This document shows, piece by piece, positions 15,644 through 17,626 of a DNA stretch of 17,626 nt. Origin of the DNA: Calditrichota bacterium (GTDB lineage Bacteria; Calditrichota; Calditrichia; Calditrichales; Calditrichaceae). The first letter of the stretch is position 1. Every line of letters starts with the position of its first letter. The translations under genes and the position numbers were made by a program. Below the pieces are notes generated by a model. That model was not told the DNA's origin and did no database searches. It saw nothing but the letters and a program-made list of their open reading frames with translations. Location of the stretch: contig RQOG01000153.1 in NCBI GenBank assembly GCA_003854985.1, positions 1 to 17,626 on the forward strand, written 5' to 3'.

Positions 15644-16045
15644 ATGATTTCACCCATGATGAAGTTTAAAAAGCATTTTAGTGTAAATGAAGCCAATACA
15701 TTGATTACGGAACTAAAACCGATCATGCAGAAAATCCGTAATTTTACCCTGATTTTAAAGGAACAGGGATTTGACGTTTATCGCGGCAAGTTTTTTCCCG
15801 GATTTCATCCCGATACGTTGGATGAGTTTCCTCCTGTGTACCGGGAAATGATTGAATTGATGCACACGGTTTATACAAAAGGTATAGAAATAAAAGGACT
15901 GGAACAGGGATTGTTGGATTTTCCCGCCATGAGAAATAACGGCGAAGAAGTATATCTGTGCTGGAAACTCGATGAAGAAGAAATCGGTTTCTGGCATCCG
16001 CTGGAAGGCGGTTTTGCCGGTCGCAAATCGATTGAGGATTTATAG
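15644..16045 (+). CDS. Small conserved hypothetical protein (133 aa), possibly DUF2203-like.
   Basis: Clean ATG 9 nt after the ygfZ stop. The C-terminal GLLDFPA...EVYLCWKLDEEEIGFWHPLEGGFAGRKSIEDL resembles a conserved small-protein family. The family assignment is from memory only. Confidence 0.5.
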   Translation: MISPMMKFKKHFSVNEANTLITELKPIMQKIRNFTLILKEQGFDVYRGKFFPGFHPDTLDEFPPVYREMIELMHTVYTKGIEIKGLEQGLLDFPAMRNNGEEVYLCWKLDEEEIGFWHPLEGGFAGRKSIEDL

Positions 16046-16066
16046 GTAAATAAGCATAAAACATTT

Positions 16067-17092
16067 ATGAATATCGGCAATATAAATATTGAAAATAGTT
16101 TATTCCTGGCGCCTATGGAATCGGTAACCGATTATCCGTTCCGGATGATTTGCAGGGAATTGGGCGCTGATGTCGTTTATTCGGAATTTATCAGTTCCGA
16201 AGCGCTGGTAAGGGATGCCGAAAAAGCCTTTAAAAAAATGACCATCCGGGATGAGGAACGGCCGATTGCCATACAGATTTACGGTAACCGGGTGGAAGCC
16301 ATGGTAGAAGCGGCTCAGATTGCCGAAGAAAAAGGACCGGATTTTATCGATATAAATTTCGGCTGCCCGGTAAAGAAAGTTGCCTTAAAAGGCGCAGGTT
16401 CCGGCCTGCTGCGCGATGTTCCTAAAATGATTGAAATCTGCAAAGCGGTAGCCCGTTCGGTCAGTCTGCCTGTTACGGCGAAAACCCGTCTTGGCTGGGA
16501 TGAACATACCATTGAGATTGTTGAGATTGCCCGGATGATGCAGGATGTGGGTATTGGAGCCGTTGCCCTACATGCCCGGACCCGGGCCCAGGGCTATAAA
16601 GGTCAGGCCGACTGGACATGGATAAAACAGGTTAAACAGGCGGTTAGTATTCCTGTTATCGGCAATGGCGATATTTTAACGCCCGCGGATGCTAAAAGGA
16701 TGTTTGAAGAAACGGGTTGTGATGCCGTGATGATCGGAAGAGGCGCCATACATAATCCCTGGATTTTCAGAGATATCAAGCATTATTTAAAGACCGGCGA
16801 AATTCTGCCTCCCGTTCCGCTGGCCGATAAAATTGAGCTGCTCCAAAAACATTATCGTTTTTCTGTGGAATATAAGGGCGAGCGTAAAGGCGTCATTGAA
16901 ATGCGCAAGCATCTCAGCGGATATCTGAAAGGATTGCCGCATATTGCCAGGTTTCGTCTGCATATGATGCAATTTGACAAACTGGAACCGGTACTGGAAA
17001 ACCTGCAGGCGCTCAGGGAAGAAAAGGTATATAAGGATTTGATTATTCCGAAACAGGAGTCGTCCCTGGAAGATTCCTGTTTATCGTCATAA
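16067..17092 (+). CDS. tRNA-dihydrouridine synthase (Dus family, DusB-like).
   Basis: [51 protein letters not shown] and [14 protein letters not shown] are the TIM-barrel Dus signature, including the catalytic Cys in GCP. Confidence 0.85.
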   Translation: MNIGNINIENSLFLAPMESVTDYPFRMICRELGADVVYSEFISSEALVRDAEKAFKKMTIRDEERPIAIQIYGNRVEAMVEAAQIAEEKGPDFIDINFGCPVKKVALKGAGSGLLRDVPKMIEICKAVARSVSLPVTAKTRLGWDEHTIEIVEIARMMQDVGIGAVALHARTRAQGYKGQADWTWIKQVKQAVSIPVIGNGDILTPADAKRMFEETGCDAVMIGRGAIHNPWIFRDIKHYLKTGEILPPVPLADKIELLQKHYRFSVEYKGERKGVIEMRKHLSGYLKGLPHIARFRLHMMQFDKLEPVLENLQALREEKVYKDLIIPKQESSLEDSCLSS

Positions 17093-17626
17093 AGTATAAA
17101 TTAATCCTTTATTTTAGGGAATTGTCGATCGCGAACAGCGTCAAACGATTTCTATATTTATAAAAGTAACCATAACCATTTAAAAAACTGCCTTTTTTAT
17201 GCAAATTCTTTTTTTACCCAATTAAAAAAGAAAGGAATTTTTATGACCAAAAAATTCCCACAAAAGTGGTACCCTGGGCAAAATCTTTGCAAATCAAAAG
17301 TCAGTTTATATCGGATAAAATAATCATCGGCATTGATCCGGCCTGTCCGGCGTCCAGACGTCTATAGAAAAAAATGTCAAGGGTAATAGCCTTCTATTAA
17401 CAAAAAATATGATTTTTGTTTTCTGATATTTGGGTCACTTTCTATACCCGGTTTCCACAATATCTCAGAATTCAATTTTATGGTTTTATTTTTATTACAG
17501 TTAATCTGTATGTTTCTTTACACGTTCTATTTATTGGTGTTTTATTTCCTACACGTCTATATGAACTCTCCTGGACACTGCATATTATAACAGAGTTTCC
17601 TGGGTTACGGTAAATTTGAGTATAAA

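Noticed and set aside
17416-17613. The 65-aa ORF near the window end.
   Set aside because: It is a low-complexity F/Y/I/L-rich translation of AT-rich DNA with no SD and no upstream promoter motif, and is probably spurious.
1-17626. tRNA genes, CRISPR arrays, IS elements or integrases.
   Set aside because: No T-loop-like GGTTCGAATCC-type strings in a cloverleaf context were found, no short direct repeats with regular spacing, and no transposase or integrase-like translations in the six-frame track.

Overview
This 17.6-kb window looks like a bacterial chromosomal segment with about 40% GC by eye, strong GGAGG-type Shine-Dalgarno sites and tightly packed genes. I found no rRNA, tRNA, CRISPR array, transposase or integrase. 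About 20 protein-coding genes are supportable. On the + strand, in order: a 5'-truncated OmpA-C-like protein, an SPFH/band-7 protein, a LapA-like small membrane protein, two lineage-specific secreted or lipoproteins separated by long AT-rich spacers, an HD-domain hydrolase, a cupin, and an RHH-antitoxin/PIN-toxin pair. On the − strand is the most unusual part, a ferrous-iron uptake locus ordered DtxR-family regulator, then a second DtxR paralog carrying an N-terminal transmembrane helix and an extra C-terminal FeoA domain, then FeoB written as two translationally coupled ORFs (G-domain ORF and permease ORF sharing an ATGA overlap). No free-standing feoA is present. Back on the + strand, a six-gene operon encodes a fused E1 alpha/beta 2-oxoacid dehydrogenase, an E2 acyltransferase, a thioredoxin-like [2Fe-2S] ferredoxin, a YgfZ-family Fe-S repair factor, a small conserved protein and a tRNA-dihydrouridine synthase. 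Non-coding signals worth following are a GC-rich island of about 380 nt with internal direct repeats and no convincing ORF (5965-6341); an 8-mer TATAGAAT that recurs only in intergenic DNA (3 times with the extended form TTTAG-N2-3-TATAGAAT), plausibly this organism's −10-like promoter element; paired perfect palindromes over the toxin-antitoxin promoter; and a 16-bp palindrome between the FeoA-fused regulator and feoB. Family assignments rest on motifs I can read directly in the translations. No database search was run.
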